Positions 1-15,084 of a stretch of 64,000 nt of DNA are shown piece after piece. The position numbers were made by a program, and so were the translations under genes. Each line of letters opens with the position of its first letter. The stretch's first letter is position 1. The notes below the pieces were generated by a model, which saw nothing but the letters and a program-made list of their open reading frames with translations, was not told the DNA's origin and ran no database searches. Origin of the DNA: the human T2T-CHM13v2.0 reference genome, Homo sapiens; the NCBI RefSeq assembly GCF_009914755.1, contig NC_060926.1; one strand, given 5' to 3'.

Positions 1-337
1 GAAATAGGATATAGTCCATATGGCCTTTTCTCTGTAACTTAATCTTCCATTTAATTCTTCAGAAATTCCTTTTTCATTAAAAAACCAAACCAAACAACAA
101 CAACAAAAAAACCCCAAACCACCCCCTACCTCCATAAAACAGAACCTCTCTCCTCCCACTCTCCTTCCCTCCTCTCCCAATTCAGAGAAGACTGGAGGTC
201 AGAAATCCAATTCCTTTTCAAGTGCTGACCTTTTCTAGGGTTTGGTCATGAAGACTGGGTACAAATGCCATTAACTGTCACTCATCTGGTGCTGAGAATA
301 TCACTGTAAAATATTGCAGGAAATTTTTACTTTCTAG

Positions 338-682
<345 letters not shown>

Positions 683-1159
683 TAATATCATTTACTTGGA
701 AAAATGATACAGATCTGTCTGTGCTGACAATTCATTCTTCCTAATGTAGCGCCGGCGATGGAAAACTTTAAAAATCAAAGCTTAATCACCTCCCTGGGAA
801 ATACAAAGAGGAAGAAAGGAGCACAGAAATTGTGCAGAGATTAGGGTACCTTGTAGGGTTAGGATTTCAAAGAAAAATCGAAGCACCATGCCAGGGTATG
901 CCTTTCACAATGGGGCTGGGATGTGTCATCTGAAGCTGCCCATGGCTAAGGCACTCACAACAGGGAGAGGGGGTCTACGGGGCACCAAGAAGAAGGGGAA
1001 ATTACCCAGGAGGAACTTCCTGAAGGAGATGGGTCCTGCCCAGCCCAGTGTTTCTCAGCGTCTGCATCATTGGCATTTGGGGCTGGAATATTCTTTGCTG
1101 TGGGGTTCTCGACCTAGTGGTTTTGACCCCAGGTCTAGCCTACCCGGGAAGCAGCAGGT

Positions 1160-1405
1160 GGCTGCAATCAAAGCTCTGGTCTCCACGTCAGCATATCTGG
1201 CCTCAAATCCCAGCTTTGCCATCTTGGCAAATTATTTAACCTTCTCAACCTTGGCTTTCTCATCTGAACTTGGGGCTAATTGTAGTACCTACCTGGTAGT
1301 GCCGATGTGAGAATGAGTGAGTTAAGTCACCTGATGGTTTTAGCACAGTGCTTGGCTCTTAGTACGTGCTCAATAAATGTTAGCTGTTACTGTTTATTAT
1401 TATCA
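1160..1405 (+). mobile_element. MIR (approximate bounds)
   Basis: MIR core and tail: ttaaccttctc...ttctcatctg...ttagcacagtgcttggc...gtgctcaataaatgttagct. Confidence 0.7.
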
Positions 1406-2035
1406 AAGGAGGCAGGAGTGGGGTTCAGAGGGAGGGTCTGCATAGGATGTGGTTGGCTAATAGGTGAATCAAGCAGTTAACCTCCTTGAGCTCCTGGCCA
1501 CAGTCCCCTACCCTGGTTGGGGAGCCAAGAAGTGTCCCCCTGGAAGCAGGCCCTATGCCATGCAGGAGCAATGTTCCAGGAGTCAGGACGCCAGGGCTTC
1601 CGGCCTGGGCTTGCCCTTCCTCTCCTGATGACCTTGGGCAAGTACCTACATGGCTTTAAGCCTCAGTTTCCTCATGGGTGCAACAGAGATAATAATAAAA
1701 GTGCTTGTTTCTCAAGGCTGTGTGAGCCTCCTGTGTGATAAAGGCTAAAAGTGCCCCATTACATACAAAGTCAGATACAAAAAGGAATCGTGTATTACCA
1801 TTGGCTACTTCAAGACTGTGGCCTTGGAGATAGTTTCTTCCTGGTCACCTAGTTTTCTCCTTGATCTGGACATTTCTTTAGCTCCTGGAGCCTCTCAGTT
1901 CTTCCTGGGTCCGGGAACCTGGCTCCCTGAACAGGCCAGTCCCTGGCCCTGCCTCCTTGCCTCTGGCCTCCTCCCTGTCAGCCTGCAGATGCGTCTGTAG
2001 AGATCCAGGCTGGCAGCCTGGGTTTGGTTGCCTGA

Positions 2036-2389
<354 letters not shown>

Positions 2390-2739
2390 TGACCCCCTGT
2401 GCTCTCCCCCGTACCCCCTCTATCCAGCTTACACTTCTAGTTTTGAGAGTTTGCAGAAAAGGGGAGATTATAAGGCCTCTATTGCCCATTTTCCACTGAG
2501 AAGAGCTCTGGCAATGAAAGAGATGTCTTACAGACACTTAGGGTTCTCCACACTTGGATTGTGGGATATGCCACTGAAGGGCACAAAGAGGATAATTCAC
2601 TCCTGCAGAGAATATTGGCTGGCTGTGGCCATGCCATCCATCAGGTCCTGCCTTGGCCGACTGTGCTCTAGCAGTTTCAAAAGCTATTGAAATAGCTCTT
2701 ACTGTTCTATTAAAAAAGCAACTCATCATCATTTTGTAA

Positions 2740-5130
<2,391 letters not shown>

Positions 5131-5507
5131 ATTATGCCATGGACAGCTGAAGGCAGAGTGGGGGAGTGGGGAGAGCTCTAGCTCTCCAGCCCACCAACTT
5201 GGGTTCAAATGCTCTTGGCTCTGCTTCTTTGTAACTGAGTGAGTTGCTCCAGTCTCCGTAAAATGGGGCTCTTACAAGTCCCAACCCTCATGAGGCGGTT
5301 GTAAAAATCATGAGGTTATAAAAGTAAGGTTCTTATAATGTCTAGTACACAATAACCTTAAAGTAACATTTGCTGTTTATCATCATTAAGATGGGCTTTC
5401 TATGTTGCTAATCTGATTTTTTTCTGTACCAATTCTGCCTTTTACTGCTTCGTACATGGTTTAAAATGGGCTATTGCATTTGTAGTTTCTTGTCAAGCCT
5501 TCTTTTT

Positions 5508-7071
5508 TTTTTTTTATTGATCATTCTTGGGTGTTTCTCGCAGAGGGGGATTTGGCAGGGTCATAGGACAATAGTAGAGGGAAGGTCAGCAGATAAACAA
5601 GTGAACAAAGGTCTCTGGTTTTCCTAGGCAGAGGACCCTGGGGCCTTCCGCAGTGTTTGTGTCCCTGGGTACTTGAGATTAGGGAGTGGTGATGACTCTT
5701 ATGGAGCATGCTGCCTTCAAGCATCTGTTTAACAAAGCACATCTTGCACCGCCCTTAATCCATTTAACCCTGAGTGGACACAGCACATGTTTCAGAGAGC
5801 ACCGGGTTGGGGGTAAGGTCATAGATCAACAGCATCCCAAGGCAGAAGAATTTTTCTTAGTACAGAACAAAATGGAGTCTCCTATGCCCACTTCTCTCCA
5901 CACAGACACAGCAACAATCTGATTTCTCCATCTTCTCCCCACATTTCCTCCCTTTCTACTCGACAAAACCGCCATCATCATCATGGCCCGTTCCCAATGA
6001 GCTGCTGGGTACACCTCGCAGATGGGGTGGCGGCCGGGCAGAGGGGCTCCTCACTTCCCAGAAGGGGCGGCCGGGCAGAGGCGCCCCCTACCTCCCGGAC
6101 GGGGCAGCTGGCCGGACGGGGGCTGCCCCCCACCTCCCTCCCGGATGGGGTGGCTGGCCGGGCGGGGGCTGCCCCCCACCTCCCGGACTGGGCAGCTGCC
6201 GGGCGGAGACGCTCCTCACTTCCCAGACGGGGCGGCTGCCGGGCGGAGGGGCTCCTCACTTCCCAGACGGGGTGGCTGCCGGGCGGAGGGGCTCCTCACT
6301 TCTCAGATGGAGTGGCCCGTTAGAGACGCTCCTCACATCCCAGACGGGGCGGCAGGGCAGAGGCACTCCCCACATCTCAGATGATGGGCAGCCGGGCAGA
6401 GACGCTCCTCACTTCCTAGAGGGGATGGCGGCCGGGAAGAGACGCTCCTCACTTCCCAGACTGGGCAGCCGGGCAGAGGGGCTCCTCACATCCCAGACGA
6501 TGGGCGGCCAGGCAGAGACGCTCCTCACTTCCCAGACGGGGTGGCGGCCGGGCAGAGGCTGCGATCTCGGCACTTTGGGAGGCCAAGGCAGGCGGCTGGG
6601 AGGTGGAGGTTGATAGCGAGTCGAGATCAAGCCACTGCACTCCAGCCTGGGCAACATTGAGCACTGAGTGAACGAGACTCCATCTGCAATCCCAGCACCT
6701 CAGGAGGCGGAGGCTGGCAGATCACTCGCGGTTAGGAGCTGGAGACCAGCCCGGCCAACACAGCGAAACCCCATCTCCACCAAAAAAATACGAAAACCAG
6801 TCAGGCGTGGCGGCGCGCGCCTGCAATCGCAGGCACTCGGCAGGCTGAGGCAGGAGAATCAGGCACGGAGGTTGCAGTGAGCAGAGATGGCGGCAGTACA
6901 GTCCAGCTTCGGCTCGGCATCAGAGGGAGACCGTGGAAAGAGAGGGAGAGGGATACCGTGGGGAGAGGGAGAGGGAGAGGGAGACCGTGGGGAGAGGGGG
7001 AGGGAGAAGGAGAGGGAGAGGGAGAGGGAGACGGAGAGGGAGAGGGAGACGGAGAGGGAGAGGGAGAGGGC
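5508..7071 (-). mobile_element. Full-length SVA retrotransposon (older SVA_B/C-like), antisense to DYSF
   Basis: On the - strand: (CCCTCT)n hexamer ~6920-7070, Alu-like ~6560-6920, GC-rich VNTR ~6010-6560, SINE-R ~5515-6010, AATAAA and poly(A). A 15-bp TSD tcaagccttcttttt lies at 5493-5507 and 7072-7086. Confidence 0.97.
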
Positions 7072-7543
7072 TCAAGCCTTCTTTTTCCCCTGTCACTCCT
7101 TTTATATTTTCCTTTACTTCTTTGCTCCTCGTCTGTTCTCTCCCGGCAGTTCTGCTTTGTTCCACAAAAACTACATCTTCTTGTACTCTACTGAGGATTC
7201 CAAATCATTTTCTGTAATATGCAGGTGAATGCTTTCCTGAATCTTATGGATGCGGTTTCCATATCCTGGTTGGCTCTCTGCCCTCTCCCTGCTTTATTCA
7301 CTCTCCCACAAGATCTGTTCAGTGTTGGTATCTCTCACAGATAGGGTGTGTGGGTCTTTCTCTGTCCATCCATCTCCTCAGATCTTTAGCTGGAGGACAG
7401 GTTAACGTGCCCAGTTTCTGGCCGACTCTACCCAGTGCTCTTGAAGCTGGAGATCGTCTCCAGATTCTAGATCTGTAGGAGACCTCTAGGAGTTCTTCTC
7501 CTAGAAGAGGAGACTGGAGGAGATACCATTTTTAAAAATGTTC

Positions 7544-7809
7544 TTTTTTTTTTTTTTTTTTTGAGATGGAGTCTTGCTCTTTTCGCCCAGCCTGTAGTGC
7601 AGTGGTGTGATCTTGGCTCACTGCAACCTCTGCCTCCTGGGTTCAAGCGATTCTCCTGCCTCAGCCTTCCAAGGAGCCAGGATTACAGTTGTCTGCCACC
7701 ATACCTGGCTAATATTTTTTATTTTTAGTAGAGACGGGGTTTCACCACGTGGGCCAGGCTGGTCTCGAACTCCTGACCTGAGGTGATCCACCTGCCTTGG
7801 CCTCCCAAA
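7544..7809 (-). mobile_element. Alu (AluSx-like), antisense, 5'-truncated
   Basis: Poly(T) plus Alu body that stops at cctcccaaa. Confidence 0.93.
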
Positions 7810-7914
7810 TGTTAACATCGTTTTTAAGCAAGACATTGTTAACTTAGACTTCTAGCTGCTTGATGTCCTCAGATCCTTCCGTAAATGTAGGCAGCTATCA
7901 GAGGCATATACCTG

Positions 7915-8330
7915 ACATTGTTTTTCATTCACTTCATTCTTTTAGGAGATGCTTATTGAACATATGCCTTCTGTCAGGGGCTGGGCATAGAGGGTTGAAC
8001 AAAGTATTCTTGGTCTCACCCTCAGGGAACTTAGAGTCCTGGCAGGCGACAAACAAATAGACAAATAAAAATATGGGTATAAGTTGTCTTAAGTGCCCTC
8101 GAAGAGAAGGACATGCATGGTGAAAGAGAATAACAGAGTAGGGGAGAGCTGCTTCTGCCTGACAGAATCAAGGAAGGCTTCTAGGAGGAGGTGTCTTAGG
8201 CTGCCAGAGGGGAAGCCACCGGCACGTGAGGAGTAGGAAAGAGTTCCAGGCAGAGGTGATGACATATTCCAAGGCCATGTGGCAAGAAAGAAATGAAAAG
8301 ACTGGTTTGGCTGAGTTCTCTGAAACATTT
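7915..8330 (-). mobile_element. L2 fragment (approximate)
   Basis: ttcattcacttcattc...cttattgaacatatgcc is the reverse L2 3' end, followed by aggaaggcttctaggaggaggtg. Confidence 0.6.
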
Positions 8331-8949
8331 AAAGGGCAACTTTTAATTATAGAAAATTTCAAGTACACGCAAAGGTAGAGAATTGTACAGTAAACTCCCA
8401 GATACCCTCCCTGAGCTTCCACATCTAGCTGCTCTCTGCCTTCTGATTTCCTTGTTGGAACTTTGGACTAGTCCCAGAAACGACCTTCCTGAAGGCACTG
8501 CGAACTTCCTCTTCCTGCCCCAGCCCCTCCCTTCCTCGCTGGGGGAACAATCTGTTCCGGGATGTGGCCCCTTCACTAATTGCTGTTCAGATAGTTTCTA
8601 AGGAGGGCTGTCTCCTGCACAGGTAGAGAGATTTGGGGGTGGTAATGCAGACAGAGGGTCACCTCACAGGTCAGTACTCTTGGTATGGAAGGAACCTCGT
8701 CTTCAGTTTTCTGACTGGCACTGTCTCTCATCTCTCAATCCAGGGGCAGACAGTGGTGGGGGCACACTGTGGCATTTCTGACTGTTTTCCGACAGTTGTG
8801 TTTCATGACGCTGCAGCCGTGCCTACCACCAGCCCCCTGATGGAGAGTTAACATCCCCCGACCTGTCTTCATTTCTATGCTGTGTGAGCCCTCACCTTTC
8901 TCTGTGTCCGCATGAGTGTGTTGGTGGGAAGGTAAGAAAGATGTTTATG

Positions 8950-8968
8950 TGGTCACTAGATGGCGCTC
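8950..8968 (+). promoter_or_regulatory. CTCF core motif
   Basis: TGGTCACTAGATGGCGCTC compared with the consensus TGGCCACYAGRKGGCGCTA. Confidence 0.7.
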
Positions 8969-10451
8969 AGGTCACGGGCAACCCAGCATGCTGCGGAAGG
9001 CATTCAAAGTCGGGACCACCTTCCATCACAGATGGTTCTGGAAAGAAATGAGAATCTTCTTGCAACCAGCTAACCGGTTTTGAACATGCAGTTAAATAGC
9101 TTGATTTAAGTGGCAGTAAAAGAGTTAAACTTGTGCATCCAACTGGAGCTGTCCTTGATGACTCTCGGACTCTGCCGACCCGTTCCTGCAGAGGTGGGTC
9201 CCTTTCTGGGGCCAGGGCCTCTCTCCGGCCTTGAGGTCGGGCCCTTGCCTTGCTCGGGCCAAGCCTCCCCGACTTGCCTGCAGCCCCCTCAGAACGCGTC
9301 GCTCCAACTTTCCTTTCAGCCCTTTTTTATGTTGTTTCTCCACGTTGTGGGCTTGTAGCCCATTGGGGTGATAGACAACACTTCTATTTCCTCACTGCTC
9401 TCAAAGACCAAATGAAACTGAACTGTAAAAACAAGTTCTTTCTCTGTATTTCCCCGCCTCAGGGTTCACCAGATGATTTGGTTCAACTAGCAGTTTTTGT
9501 TTTTCTGTTTTTGTTTTTGTTTCCAGTGAGGGCAAGACCTGACACTAACCTTTTAAACACCTCTGCCCACAAATTTGCCTGGGCGCACTAGAGTGTTCCT
9601 TGGACCCTGTGCTCTGAAGTATTAAGTAAGAATTTTGTTTTTTAAAAAAGAGTGCTTTCCTTAGAAGCTGCAGGTCTTTTGAGAGGTAACAGGCATGTGA
9701 GCTCTGTGAAACATACACAGATTCTTTGATAACTTTATACATAGGAAACTCATGCTCCATAAATAGCACTTGTATCCTAGTGTTTTCCATAGTTAAGAAA
9801 TCCAAAGTTAGTCTCCTTTTGTCTCTGGAATGTAGATGATGCTGATTTCCCAGCAGTTTTCAGTTTCTCCTCTTGCCTGGCGCAAGCGAGAGTCAGGCAG
9901 CCAGCCGCCATGGGCTTGGGGATGTGCCGAGAGGCAGAGGGAGCTGGCGGGGCAGACCGCAGGTGACGGCCTCAGCTTCTTCATGCATGTTCCGGGGACT
10001 GTGTGCAGGGCTGGGACTTGTGGCTCACTGGGCTGGGAGGTCCTGCTGTCTATCTCCTTCAGCTTCCCCCAGGTGAGGCAGCTGGGCTTCGTTGCTCGGG
10101 CCACAGAACTGGGAGCATTCATCTGTGTTTTGGGCTTCCACAGCCCCAGCTTCCTGGGCTGAGGGAAAACACAATAAAACACTTGTGTTTTGGCAGAACG
10201 GTGATGTGGACTAAATAGAGGCTTTGTCTTGGGTGGCTTCACTGGTCACTGTGCTCTTGAACTGTCTGCAGACACAGGGGCGAGAGCCCGGGATGGACCT
10301 TCACACCCAGAGACTGCGATCCGCCCCCAAGTCAGGAGTCATTGACCTAAGACACCAACAGGGCTGTGTCTTATTACACATTCCCAGTGCCTCCTCCTGC
10401 ACCTGGTTAGGCTTGCTGAATGAACAAATGAATGAAAGAATGGGTGAATTA

Positions 10452-10749
10452 GGTTGGGTGCAGTGGCTCACACCTGTAATCCCAGCACTTTGGGAGGCTG
10501 AGGTGGGTGGATCACCTGAGTTCAGGAGTTCGAGACCAGCCTGGCTAACATGGTGAAACCCCATCTCCACTAAAAATACAAGAAATAGGTGGTGGTGGGC
10601 ACCTGGAATCATAGCTACTTGGGAGGCTGAGGCAGAATTGCTGGAACCTGGGAGGCGGAGGTTGCAGTGAGCCGAGATTGGGCCACTGTGCTCCAGTGTG
10701 GGCAACAAGAGCAAGACACTGTCTCAATAAATAAATAAATAAAAAGAAA
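10452..10749 (+). mobile_element. Alu (AluS-type), sense
   Basis: Dimer with (taaa)n tail. 18-bp TSD gaaagaatgggtgaatta at 10434-10451 and 10750-10767. Confidence 0.96.
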
Positions 10750-11903
10750 GAAAGAATGGGTGAATTAATGAAAAGGTGTGGTTGGGAGGCAGGCTGCTTC
10801 GCAGCCACCCACTTGATCCTCTGAGCCACCAGAGCCATGTGTTGGTCAGATGGCCGATGGGATTAGGGGGACATCTGCATCTGGGCTGGACACCAGTCTG
10901 CAGCCAGAATTCAAAATCAGTCTGGGTGGGAAGCCGACTTTGCCTCTGTAAGAAGCACATGGGGGTTGGAACTGTGACCTTGGCCTCATTAGCCCGAGAT
11001 AACGGGCCAGGCCTGTTAGTAATCATTTAGAAGGAGCTTAAAATGTGATCTGTTTGCTTCCGGTGGTCCCTGGCCACTGCTCTCCTCGGGCCTGCAGCTG
11101 TGTCTGTGTTGGCCCTCTCGCTGTTGCAGAAAACTCCCCATGAGCAGAGCCCTGGCTCGCCCACAGAAGGAAACCTCTTGCTTTGGAGATGAAGGTGACC
11201 ATGAACTATGATTTTTGCAGCCCTGGTGTCTGCTGGCTGGCATTCATAGCTGAGGCCTCGCTGAGGAGGGCTGAGGGGCTGGGCCGGGCCCTCCTTGCTG
11301 CCTTTGCCCTGTCCTCACTCTGGATGGCCACGCTCCCTTCTCTCTTCTCCACTCTTTCTGTGTCTTTGTGCATTCTTCCTTCACAAAGTTTTCCTCAACC
11401 CTTGACTTCTGACTGCAGTCACAGAGCTAGGGGCAAAACGAGTGTTTTCTGGAGGACAGCAACAGGTAAAGGTGAACAAGGAAGGGAAGTAATCAGCAAG
11501 TTCACCAACCACATCCCGGGTGTGCACGTGACCTCAGACTGCGTTACACTTTACTGTTGGAGAAGGAGAATGGGAAGATCAGATTTGGGAAGAGGCAGAA
11601 ATCAGAGAGGACAGTGGAGGAAGACTGAGGGGTGTCCGTTTCCTTGGCGCATCGCATACCGCCTAGCAGTGAGGGACAGATTCAGAGTCCATACATGTGC
11701 CAGAGCATTTCCTTCCGTGCTTTTCTTATTTCTAGACATTCCTTACCAACATTCAGGGGCACACCCAAGTGTGTAGCGTGTTCAGCTTGTGGACAGTGTC
11801 TGGCTCTGTGATTCCCTGGAAGCGGCCTGTGTCAGAAGCCAGATGCCAGTGCCTGCTGTTGTGAAAACGCAACGTGGAGCCTTCAGGGGGGTGATCCTGG
11901 ACA

Positions 11904-11922
11904 CGGCCACTAGGTGGAGATG
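11904..11922 (+). promoter_or_regulatory. Second CTCF-like motif
   Basis: CGGCCACTAGGTGGAGATG: good core match with a weaker 3' end. Confidence 0.45.
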
Positions 11923-12434
11923 TTGTGCCTTGAAATGTCCCTGCTCGGCGCGCCTGGTCCCAAGCACGACCTGCCTGCGGGCTTGGAGTGTGGGGTGTGC
12001 CTTGCTGCCTAGCTCTGGCCCTTTTGTGTCTCCCCACCCTCCCGTTGTGTCTGTACTTTGTTCCCCTCACTTATCTGGCTATCATATGGAAAAGCACATT
12101 TTCTTTTCTGAATTATTCCTTGAGTGTATTGAATCAAGTTTCGGGTCTGGTTTTCAACTGGCAAACGGAACACACAGAGTGATGGGCAGGCCAGGTGGGA
12201 CCCCCAGGGCTCATGGGGTGTTGGGGGCTGCGTCTGGAGGGGCCGTGATGATTTAGTTTATGATAAATTCACAGCTGGGCAGAGGGTGGGGCCTCGGGCT
12301 GCATCTGTTTCACACCCGGGAGCTGTCTTTCCATCTGTCTGCCTGCCAGCTCTCCATCCACAGCCTGTTCATGTAACCCGTCCTTCTCCCAGCCATGCCC
12401 ACCCTAACCCCTTTTCCATTTCTTTACGCTTCAG

Positions 12435-12476
12435 AGGAGCCTGCAGGTGCTGTCAAGCCTTCGAAAGCCTCAGACT
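12435..12476 (+). CDS. DYSF: Dysferlin exon 17 (42 nt, alternatively spliced, phase 1-1): EEPAGAVKPSKASD
   Basis: Branch-like ccctaac at ~12402-12408, acceptor ttcag, weak donor ACT|gtacgt. Matches the known 14-aa cassette exon. Confidence 0.93.
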
Positions 12477-12597
12477 GTACGTTGCTGTCACCTTGGGGAC
12501 AACCAGGGGAGTGGGGCCTTGGGTTTTGGCTAGAGGGGCGAGGGTGCTGGAGGCATGGGGTTTTTGATTTGCCTGAGGTGGGATTGAGATTCCCCCA

Positions 12598-12625
12598 CAA
12601 AGGTAAGTCCCTGGACTTACCTTTG
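12598..12625. repeat. Perfect 13-bp inverted repeat containing a consensus 5' splice site
   Basis: caaaggtaagtcc-ct-ggacttacctttg; the two arms are exact reverse complements. Confidence 0.95.
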
Positions 12626-14031
12626 CTGTCACCTCTCGGCCTCTGTGGAGCATGTAAATCATCTGGAATGCTTTAAGGGGCAATTTCCTCCCACTTCCCC
12701 CAACCCTTCCTAAATGGGATAGGCTTGGGCTGATGCTCGAGTTAGACCACTCTGTCTGGTAGTGAGGGGTAGGGGCAGGCATGGGGGTCTGGAGTGGGGC
12801 AGGGGGAGTGTGAGGTGTTTCAGGGGCCAGGAGGAGGCCAAGAGGAGTTAAAAACTCTTGGAGTTGAAATCCCCAAGGTAAATCATAATTGAGATGATTA
12901 ACGCAAATAATTAGTAATGCTCCTGTTAGCCCACCTACCTGGGCCTCCCACCTCTCCTGAAGGCCAGTGCCCTGTCTGTGCTGGGGTCTAGGAGACAGAA
13001 GGTGTTGAAGGAGGTGGGGAGGCCCCTGGCTGAGAGGGGAGGTGAGGCTCCAGCCTTCTGGTCCATCCCTGTCCTGGCCCCTTCCTCATCCCTAGGGTCT
13101 GGGCAGGGGCTCGACTCACAGTGCATGACCTTAGGTCTAGCTCAAACGCTTCTTTGCTGAGGCCATTTGTTTTGTGCCTACTTTGGCCCATCCTTGTGTG
13201 GACTGATTGGGTCGTTCCAGAGGGTTCCTGTCTCTGGCCCTGCTTTCTACCTTTGGCATTTTGGAAACAACCTCTTCCCCATTCCTCTGAAAGGGACACT
13301 GTGGCATTTTAGGGTTTTCAGAGCATGGCCAGTAAAGTCCCATCTGGGAAACTCAGCTGTGAGCTGGAAAATGATGTTAGTAAAAGAGAGCCTCCAGAAA
13401 AGGATGAAAGAATGTGGAGAGATTTCCCCTCTTCAGGAGTGTAATTCTCGAACTCTCCTCTGACCTGCTCTGTTAAAAAATTGTTCTTTGTACAATGTGT
13501 GTGTGGGGAGGAGATTCTGGGATAAGGCAAGGCCGTTAGGGCAGAGGGTATGTGCCTGGGGGCTACCCTAGGGAGGAGGAACGGCTAGCTGGGCTCCATC
13601 CCTGGCCTCCTGGGAGATGGTTTCTCTGGTTACCGGGCTCTGGGACCTCTTAGCCCCTCCCCATTGGCTGCAGGGCCTACAGTGCCTATAGAAGCGTAGG
13701 ATGGAGAGCACATGCAGGACATGCTGGGGGTGGGGCTGGGGAGGGGCACGAGCAGTGGAGGGCCTCAAACCCCAACTTTGTGTGCTGGCTGAGTGCATGG
13801 GCTTTGAGGTGACACCATTCTGGACCCTGCCACCTTGTAGTCTTGTGTTTCTTTGCATCTCCAAGCCTCGGTTTCCTCATCTGTAAAATGAGACTAATAA
13901 AAATATGATTGCATCTCAGCATGATGGTGAGGAGTAAAGAGACTTAGGGGAGGGCGTGAGAGCTATCGCTCGTGGCGTTCTTCTTTATACACTGACAGGA
14001 GCTGCATCTGGTGCATGTGGGGGGGAACTGA

Positions 14032-14676
<645 letters not shown>

Positions 14677-14679
14677 TGA

Positions 14680-15045
<366 letters not shown>

Positions 15046-15084
15046 TAGAGCTTGATGCAAAATGAGATGCGATTTTATATTAAT

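Noticed and set aside
5521-7228. Multiple overlapping ORFs (GEGEGE, RERERE, G/R/P-rich)
   Set aside because: These are translations of the SVA hexamer, VNTR and SINE-R.
8656-8673. Nuclear-receptor direct repeat GGGTCA-n6-AGGTCA
   Set aside because: The spacer is 6, not a canonical DR1/DR2/DR5 RARE, and there is no other support.
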